Source: a candidate division FCPU426 bacterium (lineage in GTDB: Bacteria; Oederibacteriota; JAJYGY01; DAIDJD01). Taken from it: 26,670 nucleotides of DNA. A program made the translations under genes and the position numbers. Under the pieces are notes generated by a model. That model did no database searches and was not told the origin of the DNA. It saw only the letters and a program-made list of their open reading frames with translations. The number at the start of each line of letters is the position of its first letter. Positions within the stretch are counted from its first letter, which is position 1. The stretch lies in assembly GCA_040389285.1 (NCBI GenBank), contig JAZKAF010000086.1:1-26670 (forward strand), read 5' to 3'. Below are positions 18,779 to 25,504 of the stretch, in pieces.

Positions 18779-19362
18779 CCGCAGGCATCCATGTTGTCAA
18801 AATTTTTATCAACTTCTGCCCAACCGATTTCTCCCGTTTTTATTTGGATTTTTACCCACCACACTTCTTCGTTACGGTGGTCTTCGATCACCCGCGCCCA
18901 GCAGGCTTCGGAGGGAATAGCGCAGTTTTCATCTTGTTCATAAATATCAAGTTCATCCGAAATTATTTCCCCTCGATGCCAAACTTTATGCCAACCCTCT
19001 CCTAAATTCGTCAGAAGATAAATTATTTCTCCCACTTCATAGCTCTCGGTGCGGTCACTTTTTCTGCCGAAAACAACTCTCATTTTCGTGGGAACAACAT
19101 AAACAATACCTGTCAACGCTCTTACTTTCATTCCGTCCTTGAGGTGACCAGTTATCTTCTTTCCGTGGGGCTTATCGAACAGTGTTGTGGTTTTCGTGAC
19201 TAACCAATCGCGATAAACACAACATTCAAAGGGACACGCGCCTTCGTCCACAAAAATAGCTGGTGGCTTTTCCGAATCATAGGAATCGGCGCTTGAAGAT
19301 AGAGGTGAAATGGCGAAACAAGCCAAAATAAAACCGGCAAAGACAGCGCTTCTTATATTCAC
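18775..19362 (-). CDS. secreted protein with two SH3b-like motifs (195 aa, hypothetical)
   Basis: GTG start with GGAGGA 4 nt upstream. Signal peptide AVFAGFILACFAISPLSSSA. The G-x-GW-x-KV-x-x-G motifs (GEGWHKVWHRGEI, GEIGWAEVD) are typical of bacterial SH3. Confidence 0.55.
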   Translation of the reverse strand: MNIRSAVFAGFILACFAISPLSSSADSYDSEKPPAIFVDEGACPFECCVYRDWLVTKTTTLFDKPHGKKITGHLKDGMKVRALTGIVYVVPTKMRVVFGRKSDRTESYEVGEIIYLLTNLGEGWHKVWHRGEIISDELDIYEQDENCAIPSEACWARVIEDHRNEEVWWVKIQIKTGEIGWAEVDKNFDNMDACG

Positions 19363-19398
19363 CTATTCCTCCAGATTCCCATGGCCTTTGAAGGACTC

Positions 19399-19845
19399 CT
19401 AAACTTCCAACGCTTCAGCCTGTTTTGTCGGCCCAGAAGATGGTCGCCGCTTCTTGGTTAATTGCTCGTAAAGCCTGCCCACACCCACGGGGTCCGGCGA
19501 GAGGCAGGATTGGATAAAAAGCCGTAGATCTTTTTCCGTAGACCATTGCATTCCCGTGGCATGGACGCCGGAGCGTTCCCATTTGTGGACTGCCACATGG
19601 CTAACCCCGAACTTTTCCGCGAACGTCTGCTGGGTCAAATTGAAATGCAGGCGCACGAAGCGCACCTCCTGGCCATGCAGGGGACGCTCTAAACGACTGA
19701 GCACCCGTAACACCTTAGGCGCCAAGCGCGCATAGTCCACTTTGGGTGCCCATTCGCCCCGTACCTTCACCATCGTGACCTGGCCCAAGTGAACCGGAAA
19801 TCCAAGGCTATGGTCGATATAATCTTTCGCTTTCTTGGTTTCCAT
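19399..19845 (-). CDS. MqsA-like HTH (XRE-type) antitoxin; N-terminal domain lacks the Zn-binding cysteines
   Basis: The C-terminal segment EVRFVRLHFNLTQQTFAEKFGVSHVAVHKWERSG aligns with the MqsA HTH (VR..L.LTQ..A...G......YE.G). It lies 6 nt downstream of the toxin gene. There are no Cys pairs in the N-terminal 70 aa. Confidence 0.6.
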   Translation of the reverse strand: METKKAKDYIDHSLGFPVHLGQVTMVKVRGEWAPKVDYARLAPKVLRVLSRLERPLHGQEVRFVRLHFNLTQQTFAEKFGVSHVAVHKWERSGVHATGMQWSTEKDLRLFIQSCLSPDPVGVGRLYEQLTKKRRPSSGPTKQAEALEV

Positions 19846-19851
19846 GGCCCT

Positions 19852-20154
19852 CTAGGCTCCCAAATCAACGACGGTAATGATCAACATAGCACCTTCAAAT
19901 CCCACCGCCACCCTCAACTCCCTTCCATCCAGGGTCTTGCCGCGGATCGCATAATTCCAAGCAGAAAAACGCTCGACGTAATCGTCCTTGGCTTTTTCGT
20001 GATGCCCCAAGGTCAGGACTTGCAAGATCTCCGGCCATATGACGCCCCTCTCCAGCATGCGCTGCCGAGCGTGGTGGGTAACGACGTAGTTCCCGCCTTG
20101 CACGGCGTTAAGGACCGCTTGCGATACAGCGGGAAGTTTTGGGGAGCGTTTCAT
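19852..20154 (-). CDS. DUF4258-like type II toxin (100 aa)
   Basis: Motif THHARQRMLERGV, followed by a beta-rich C-terminus. Size and motif fit DUF4258, the family commonly paired with MqsA-like antitoxins. The promoter sits directly on the ATG, so the transcript is probably leaderless. Confidence 0.55.
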   Translation of the reverse strand: MKRSPKLPAVSQAVLNAVQGGNYVVTHHARQRMLERGVIWPEILQVLTLGHHEKAKDDYVERFSAWNYAIRGKTLDGRELRVAVGFEGAMLIITVVDLGA

Positions 20155-20158
20155 TGGA

Positions 20159-20187
20159 ATTTTAACTCAGTTAAAATCTTCATGCAA
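20159..20187. promoter_or_regulatory. TA operon promoter/operator: TTGCAT-N17-TAAAAT with a perfect 19-bp palindrome ATTTTAACT-c-AGTTAAAAT (20159-20177) across the spacer and -10
   Basis: Read directly from the sequence. The palindrome ends 5 nt from the toxin ATG. No Shine-Dalgarno lies between it and the ATG. Confidence 0.5.
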
Positions 20188-20196
20188 GTCCAAGAC

Positions 20197-20235
20197 AAAA
20201 AAATAGCGGACCCAATCAAAAGATCGGATCCGCTA
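20197..20235 (-). terminator. rho-independent terminator of the tRNA-Val gene
   Basis: On the minus strand: UAGCGGAUCC, a 12-nt loop, GGGUCCGCUA, then U7. A 10-bp stem including one G-U pair, 9 nt after the tRNA CCA end. Confidence 0.7.
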
Positions 20236-20244
20236 TTTAGGGAA

Positions 20245-20321
20245 TGGTGGGCTTGGAGGGATTCGAACCCCCGACTTCCTCCCTGTGAAGAAGGCACTCT
20301 AACCAGCTGAGTTACAAGCCC
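20245..20321 (-). tRNA. tRNA-Val (anticodon CAC), CCA encoded
   Basis: The reverse complement folds as a cloverleaf. Acceptor stem GGGCTTG/CAAGCCC, D-stem ACTC/GAGT, anticodon stem CCTTC/GGAGG with loop TTCACAG, T-arm GGGGG-TTCGAAT-CCCTC, discriminator A and CCA. 77 nt in total. Confidence 0.9.
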
Positions 20322-20335
20322 CTGAAAGAGAACAG

Positions 20336-20364
20336 ATTATGCCCTTTTGACCCCCTGATTTCAA
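20336..20364 (-). promoter_or_regulatory. sigma70-type promoter of tRNA-Val (TTGAAA-N17-CATAAT), ~15 nt upstream of the mature 5' end
   Basis: Read on the minus strand: TTGAAA, a 17-nt spacer (tcagggggtcaaaaggg), then CATAAT. Located between the 5'-nucleotidase stop and the tRNA. Confidence 0.55.
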
Positions 20365-20379
20365 GGAGCCAAAATCCAC

Positions 20380-21831
20380 CTATTCTGCGGCGGGACCGAT
20401 GCGGGGGGCCAGGTCGAGAAGGGGGTCTAGCGGCTTTTTTTCGCTGCTGGGATGTTTTTTAAGCCAAGCCAGGATGGGGTCGCGCCAATCGTTGGCCACC
20501 AGCACGGGCGAAGGATCGGCCGCTTTTAATAGTTCGCTGGTGGCGATCATATAGTCATTCACCAGCACCAGGTACGTGGCCTTGGGATCTATTTTGCGGC
20601 CGGTTTTTTTGAGCGTAAAGTGGCGGCCTTTTTTGGATAAACCGGCCATGCCCATCAACTGATCGGCTTTTTTGGGAAGATATTTGGAAAGCTGGCGTCC
20701 GGTCATCTTAACGCGCAGCAGCTTGTCGTCAAAGGGCAGCAAGCTGACCAGCGTTCCCCGGTTAAGGGGCCCAGGGGGCAGGTCCTGGCGCAGGGCGTGC
20801 TGGTTCACGAGCACCACGTCGGAAGTCGGATCCATCTCGGCCCAAGCGTCGCAGACAAAGTTCAGCACGCCCCAGGGACGGGTCAGCGGCGCCGCAAGAT
20901 AGGCTAACGGGCGCGAATAGTCTGGATCGCCTTCCAAACGGGCCCGCCAGCGCGACACTACCGCCTGGACCGCAGGGTCGGCTCTGGGGTGCTCCTGTCT
21001 TAGCCAAACCTGTTTCGACGCGAGCACCTTGGTCCTGCCGCTTGCGGCTTCGTAGTCCAGGTCGATACGGCTGTAGGCCTTCCACCATTCGCCGGAATTG
21101 ACGATCCAGGTGCCGCTGTTCATCTCGCGCAGCTGCCCCAGCTCGTGCGAATGGCCGCCCATCATCAGCGGGATATTCAGGTCGGCCATGTCGCGGGCCA
21201 TGTCGCGCAGCTCGTTCAAGGGCACATGGGCCAGCACGAGCAGCACCTGGGCCCCGGCCGCGCGGGCCTTGGGCGCCCAGGTACGGATGCTTTCGGCGTA
21301 ATTGGTGGCTTGAAGCGAGTCGTAGGGCGGCAGTTCACTGGTGATGAGGCCGATGATGCCGATCTTGATCCCGTTTTTTTCAAGGATGCAAAAAGGTTCA
21401 GCTGCGGGCGACCAGGGCGTAGGACCCGAAGCCTGAAGATTGGCGGCCAGGAAGGGAAAGACGGCCAGCTTGCGCAAAGCTTTCAGCCCATCCACGCCAA
21501 AGTCGAATTCATGGTTCCCTAAAGCCGAGGCGTCGTAGCCCATGGCGTTCATGACCTCGACCGCGGGCAAGCCCTTGTAAAGCGTGCTCAAGGCCGGACC
21601 CGTGGCGACGTCGCCCGCGCTCAAGACCAAGAAATCCTCGGGTTTATAGCCTTCGTGGTCTTTCCACGCAGCGGCCATCTCGGCGGCTCCGCCTAAGGTG
21701 GAGCCGTCCACGGTGAGGGGCTGCAACCAGCCGTGCATGTCGCCGGTGACCAGGATGTGGATGGGTTTGGCATGGGCTTGAACGCCAAGCAGGAGGACTA
21801 AAGCTAAGATCGGGAGCAGGATTTTTTTCAC
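20380..21831 (-). CDS. periplasmic bifunctional metallophosphatase / 5'-nucleotidase (UshA family)
   Basis: GTG start with GAGGGGA upstream. Signal peptide. N-terminal calcineurin-like motifs (GDMHG, GDVATG, GNHEFD, GGHSH) followed by a 5'-nucleotidase C-domain. Confidence 0.85.
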   Translation of the reverse strand: MKKILLPILALVLLLGVQAHAKPIHILVTGDMHGWLQPLTVDGSTLGGAAEMAAAWKDHEGYKPEDFLVLSAGDVATGPALSTLYKGLPAVEVMNAMGYDASALGNHEFDFGVDGLKALRKLAVFPFLAANLQASGPTPWSPAAEPFCILEKNGIKIGIIGLITSELPPYDSLQATNYAESIRTWAPKARAAGAQVLLVLAHVPLNELRDMARDMADLNIPLMMGGHSHELGQLREMNSGTWIVNSGEWWKAYSRIDLDYEAASGRTKVLASKQVWLRQEHPRADPAVQAVVSRWRARLEGDPDYSRPLAYLAAPLTRPWGVLNFVCDAWAEMDPTSDVVLVNQHALRQDLPPGPLNRGTLVSLLPFDDKLLRVKMTGRQLSKYLPKKADQLMGMAGLSKKGRHFTLKKTGRKIDPKATYLVLVNDYMIATSELLKAADPSPVLVANDWRDPILAWLKKHPSSEKKPLDPLLDLAPRIGPAAE

Positions 21832-21846
21832 GTATCCCCTCTGGAA

Positions 21847-22920
21847 CTAAAAGATCTCGCCAAACTGGATCTGGAAGGTGCTCTGGTCATATCCGTAGCC
21901 CAATTCCACGCGCGCTTTTTGGCCCCAGCCGGGCGGCAAGCCGACGCGCAAGCCGGCTTGGCCAGTCAGCTTCAACTGCCTGAAGCTGTCATCGGCGATG
22001 TCGCCGAAGTCGGCGGACACGTTGACGGACACGTATTTATTGAGATACCAGCGCAGTTCTTCCTGAAGCACGAAGAATGTTTTGCCGCGGAAACGGTTGT
22101 CCTTGTAGCCGCGCAGGGCGTCCAGCCCGCCAAGGCGGTAGCGGAAAAGGTAGCCAGGCTCGCCCTGGGTCAGGGCGCCTAGAAAATGCTGAGCTAGCAC
22201 CAGGCGGCGGCGGATGGTTCTGAAGCGGCGCAGGTCCACTTGCAGCTGCACAAAGGTCTCGGCGCCCGGCAGGGTGCTCCAGGCCTCAGGACAGGCCAGC
22301 AAGCTCATTTGAAAATAGTCGCCCTTGCGCGGGTTCAAGATCCTGTCGCGGTTGTCCCATTCCACTTTCAGGCCCCAGGCGTTGCTGCTCTCGTCCGGAA
22401 AAAGCCGGGTCGGATCCCCAGGGACAGGGCTGCCGATGCGCTCGACGCCGGTTTCAACGCGCGAACGGTAGTCGTTGAATACGCCGGCCCGAAAATGCGG
22501 GAACACTTTGTAGAGAATAGTGGGCTTGAATTCAACGTGGTAGATCGAAGTGCGCCGGGGATTGTCTGGCGCGGTGAGGTCGCCTTCGCCGTAATAGTTA
22601 TCAAAGGCCCTCTCGGCCAGGCCGTGAAAGCCGTAGAACCAACGGCCAGCGGTGCGTTGTTCGTAGTTAAGGGTGGCGCTGTGAAAATCGTTGAGGTTGC
22701 TGACGCCGAAAAGGCCGGCGTTGATGCCGGGCTCGGTCTCTTTGTAAAGGAAGCCCGCGCCGCCGAACTGCCATCCGGTTTTATCGTCATAGCCAGCGAA
22801 AGGAATGGCGGAATAAGTCAGCTCATTAAGGTCCACGTCGTAAAAATCAAGGTCTTCCGCCGGCCTGGCGGCCTTGGCACCGAACAACAATAATAATAGA
22901 AAGGCCGCGCGAAGTGGCAA
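21847..22920 (-). CDS. Omp85/BamA-family outer-membrane beta-barrel (surface antigen D15 domain) without POTRA repeats
   Basis: Signal peptide. The YRLGGLDALRGY motif (GG...RGY), then VNVSADFGDI, GLRVGLPPGWG, and a terminal aromatic residue (FQIQFGEIF). At 357 aa it is too short for POTRA domains. Confidence 0.65.
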   Translation of the reverse strand: MPLRAAFLLLLLFGAKAARPAEDLDFYDVDLNELTYSAIPFAGYDDKTGWQFGGAGFLYKETEPGINAGLFGVSNLNDFHSATLNYEQRTAGRWFYGFHGLAERAFDNYYGEGDLTAPDNPRRTSIYHVEFKPTILYKVFPHFRAGVFNDYRSRVETGVERIGSPVPGDPTRLFPDESSNAWGLKVEWDNRDRILNPRKGDYFQMSLLACPEAWSTLPGAETFVQLQVDLRRFRTIRRRLVLAQHFLGALTQGEPGYLFRYRLGGLDALRGYKDNRFRGKTFFVLQEELRWYLNKYVSVNVSADFGDIADDSFRQLKLTGQAGLRVGLPPGWGQKARVELGYGYDQSTFQIQFGEIF

Positions 22921-22929
22921 GGGAACCCT

Positions 22930-23520
22930 TTAAGACGTGGAAGGCTTATTGAACCGGGCGGCGACGCTGAACAGGATGCCAAAGGCAGCGGCGCTGAGGC
23001 CCGCCACTGCGGCCAGCATGCCATAGCTAAAGGGGATGACCGCGGGATGACCGGCGGCCAAGATCATCAGGAAGAGGGTGGCCAGCGAAAGGAAGGCGTT
23101 GGCTAGGCTGGCGATGCGCACCCGCTTCGCCACTTTGGGAAGCTCGATCGTAGCGCGGGCCAGGGCGTTGGAGCCGGGCAGGATGACGATCATCCCCACG
23201 AACCACATGAGCAAGGAGGACACGATCCCGGCCGAAAGCCAGGCGCCCCTGCCACCCGCCATGCCGATTCCCTGCTCGCCCGTGTAGATCTGGCTGAACA
23301 TCATGGCTCCGGTGACCACGCTGAGCGTGGCCCCCAAAATGCCAAGCATTGCCAGGGTGGCACCCAGGCTGGCGCCCACTTTTTTGCGGGTTTCCGGATC
23401 AAAACCTGCCAGGGCCGGGGCTAGGATAAAGAGGGTGAAATAGATCTGGCCGATCCAGATGCCGCTGAAGATGTAATGGGCCCAGCGCAGGCAAAGCGCG
23501 CTCCAATCGATGTTTTCCAA
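22930..23520 (-). CDS. polytopic membrane protein with DUF989/PuuD-like N-terminal motif (family tentative)
   Basis: TTG start at 23520 with GGGGGA 6 nt upstream. The track ORF runs on to 23640, but that extension overlaps the msrAB promoter/leader and is not hydrophobic. The motif [20 protein letters not shown] resembles LRWxHxxxGIxWIG of DUF989. 5-6 TM segments. Confidence 0.45.
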   Translation of the reverse strand: MENIDWSALCLRWAHYIFSGIWIGQIYFTLFILAPALAGFDPETRKKVGASLGATLAMLGILGATLSVVTGAMMFSQIYTGEQGIGMAGGRGAWLSAGIVSSLLMWFVGMIVILPGSNALARATIELPKVAKRVRIASLANAFLSLATLFLMILAAGHPAVIPFSYGMLAAVAGLSAAAFGILFSVAARFNKPSTS

Positions 23521-23658
23521 GCGTCCCCCGTGGTGAAAAAACAGGCCCTGACACCCTTTGTTATAGGAAAATATCGGGTAAGACGCAAGAGAGCAGAACC
23601 TGGAGGGGGTACAATACGTAATCTCTCCAGGCGATATCACGATTCAAGGAGGCATTTC

Positions 23659-24720
23659 ATGGCTGAACTTCCCACATTATGGTTATTAGGCTTGGCGGCT
23701 TTCGGCTTTTCCAAGGACCTGGGCGCGGCGGCACCTAAAGCGAAGCAGTCCGTGGCGACCTTCGCGGGTGGATGCTTCTGGTGCATGCAGCCACCTTTTG
23801 AGAACCTGCCCGGGGTCAGCGAAGTGCGTTCGGGCTACACCGGTGGCACAGGCAAGAACCCCAGTTATGAAGACTACGGGGATAAAGGCCACACCGAGGG
23901 CGTGCAAGTGACCTACGACTCTTCCAAGATCAGCTATGACCAGCTCTTGGACGTGTTTTGGCGTAATATCAACCCTACGGATCCAGACGGCCAGTTCGTG
24001 GACCGCGGGCCGCATTACAGGGCGGCCATCTTCTACCATGACGAGGCCCAGAAAAAGACCGCAGAGGCCTCGCGCGAAGCGCTGAACAAATCCGGGCGCT
24101 ATGACAAGCCCGTGGTGATCAAGATATTGAAGGCGGGGGAGTTTTGGGAGGCCGAGGAATACCACCAGGACTTCCACAAGAAGAACCCCCAGCACTACAA
24201 GCGTTACCGCTCCAACGCAGGCCGCGACGAGTATTTGGACAAGGTCTGGGGACCTGAACGCACTCCCTCATTCATGAAAAAGGCGAAACCCATGCCCGAT
24301 AAATCGGAATTGAAAAAGAAGCTGAGCCCGCTGCAGTATGACGTGACGCAAGAAGAAGGCACTGAGCCGCCCTTCAAGAACGAATTCTGGGACAATCACA
24401 AGGACGGCATCTACGTGGACATCGTCTCGGGCGAGGCGCTGTTCAGTTCGACTGACAAGTACGATTCCGGCACGGGCTGGCCCAGCTTTAGCAAGCCGCT
24501 TGAAAAAGCGCATGTGCAGGAGAAGACCGACAGCAACTGGGGCAGCGTGCGCACCGAAGTGCACAGCAGCGACGCCAAGTCGCATTTGGGCCATGTGTTT
24601 CCGGACGGCCCGGCGCCGACGGGCCTGCGCTATTGCATCAATTCGGCCTCGTTGAGGTTCATCCCCAAAGAGGATCTCGAAAAAGAAGGCTACGGCCAGT
24701 ACAAGAAGCTGTTCAAATAA
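23659..24720 (+). CDS. msrAB: fused peptide-methionine sulfoxide reductase MsrA-MsrB with signal peptide (periplasmic)
   Basis: ATG at 23659 preceded by AAGGAGG. Signal peptide [18 protein letters not shown]. MsrA motif GGCFWC and the MsrB active site RYCINSASL. The track's start at 23476 is an unsupported upstream extension. Confidence 0.85.
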   Translation: MAELPTLWLLGLAAFGFSKDLGAAAPKAKQSVATFAGGCFWCMQPPFENLPGVSEVRSGYTGGTGKNPSYEDYGDKGHTEGVQVTYDSSKISYDQLLDVFWRNINPTDPDGQFVDRGPHYRAAIFYHDEAQKKTAEASREALNKSGRYDKPVVIKILKAGEFWEAEEYHQDFHKKNPQHYKRYRSNAGRDEYLDKVWGPERTPSFMKKAKPMPDKSELKKKLSPLQYDVTQEEGTEPPFKNEFWDNHKDGIYVDIVSGEALFSSTDKYDSGTGWPSFSKPLEKAHVQEKTDSNWGSVRTEVHSSDAKSHLGHVFPDGPAPTGLRYCINSASLRFIPKEDLEKEGYGQYKKLFK

Positions 24721-24748
24721 TTTGAAGGCGCCTGTCCTGCCGACATCG

Positions 24749-25444
24749 ATGACCGTCCAGGGATTGCTGGGCCGTGCCCTGCGCCGGAGCGACTGCCTGC
24801 TCGCGGCTGCGGCTGGCACCCTGCCCTTGGTCGCGTTGCAGGCCTGGAAGAATTGGGACCCGCTTTCGCCCGAATCCGTGCTTGCGCAATTGCTGTGGAT
24901 TCCTGTGGGCATCTATTGCCAACTGCGGGTCCTGGACTCCTTGGCCAAGGCTGAGACGGATCCAAACTTGAAGGCTCCGGGTGCCGACGCTGCCGCGGCC
25001 TTGCCCAGCGCCATTGGCGCGGAACTGCTGTTTTCCCTTCGTTTTTGCGTGCTGGCGGAGCTCTGTTTTTTGCCGGCCTTGCTGGCGCTAAGCGTGCTCG
25101 GAGTAGAAAAACCATTAAAAATAGGCATTATTCTGGTTCTTGCCCTGCTGGGCGCCCTTCCTTTGGCAGGCTGGGCCTTTAAACGCCTATTCGCCTTGGC
25201 CGTGGTTTTATGGCAGGGATTGAACGCTGGGCAGGCTTTGGCTGAAAGTGCCCGTTTAGCTCCCTGGAAAAAGCTAAAAACCTTTATTCTGCCGCTTCTT
25301 TTGTGGTTTGGACTCGCTTTTTTGCTCCAAAGTGCGATCGAAATGGCCGAGGGCCCGGCTTGGCTAGATTTTTTATTGCAGCCCCTGGCTTTCTTAATAG
25401 CCCAAGCGGCCCTGCTCTGGGGATATCTTAAGTTGACCTTGTAA
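24749..25444 (+). CDS. hypothetical integral membrane protein
   Basis: GC3-rich coding frame with several long hydrophobic helices. The start is uncertain (ATG at 24749 or TTG at 24722) and no Shine-Dalgarno is evident. Confidence 0.45.
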   Translation: MTVQGLLGRALRRSDCLLAAAAGTLPLVALQAWKNWDPLSPESVLAQLLWIPVGIYCQLRVLDSLAKAETDPNLKAPGADAAAALPSAIGAELLFSLRFCVLAELCFLPALLALSVLGVEKPLKIGIILVLALLGALPLAGWAFKRLFALAVVLWQGLNAGQALAESARLAPWKKLKTFILPLLLWFGLAFLLQSAIEMAEGPAWLDFLLQPLAFLIAQAALLWGYLKLTL

Positions 25445-25504
25445 ATGCCAGGTCCCTGCCTCATACTACGTCTTTGACTGGGAAAGGGCAGACGCGTTCG
25501 CTTT

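Larger units (their letters stand above)
15790..20244. mobile_element. putative genomic island at the 3' end of tRNA-Val: a TA module plus an AT-rich six-gene cassette (AT-rich core ~15790-19400)
   Basis: Abrupt drop in GC relative to both flanks. Different codon usage. All genes co-oriented. Adjacent to the 3' end of a tRNA. A TA module sits at the junction. No integrase and no att repeat were found, so mobility is inferred from composition and context only. Confidence 0.45.

Noticed and set aside
15790-19400. Integron cassette array (co-oriented small ORFs next to a TA module)
   Set aside because: No intI gene. Intergenic gaps (14-63 nt) are mostly too short for attC. No RYYYAAC...GTTRRRY pairs were found around the two G-rich repeats. 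Translational coupling between genes argues for an ordinary operon.
23476-23658. Upstream extension of msrAB ([12 protein letters not shown]...) given in the ORF track
   Set aside because: The AAGGAGG Shine-Dalgarno and the signal peptide begin at the ATG at 23659. The extension is Arg-rich, not hydrophobic, and overlaps the divergent gene's start region.
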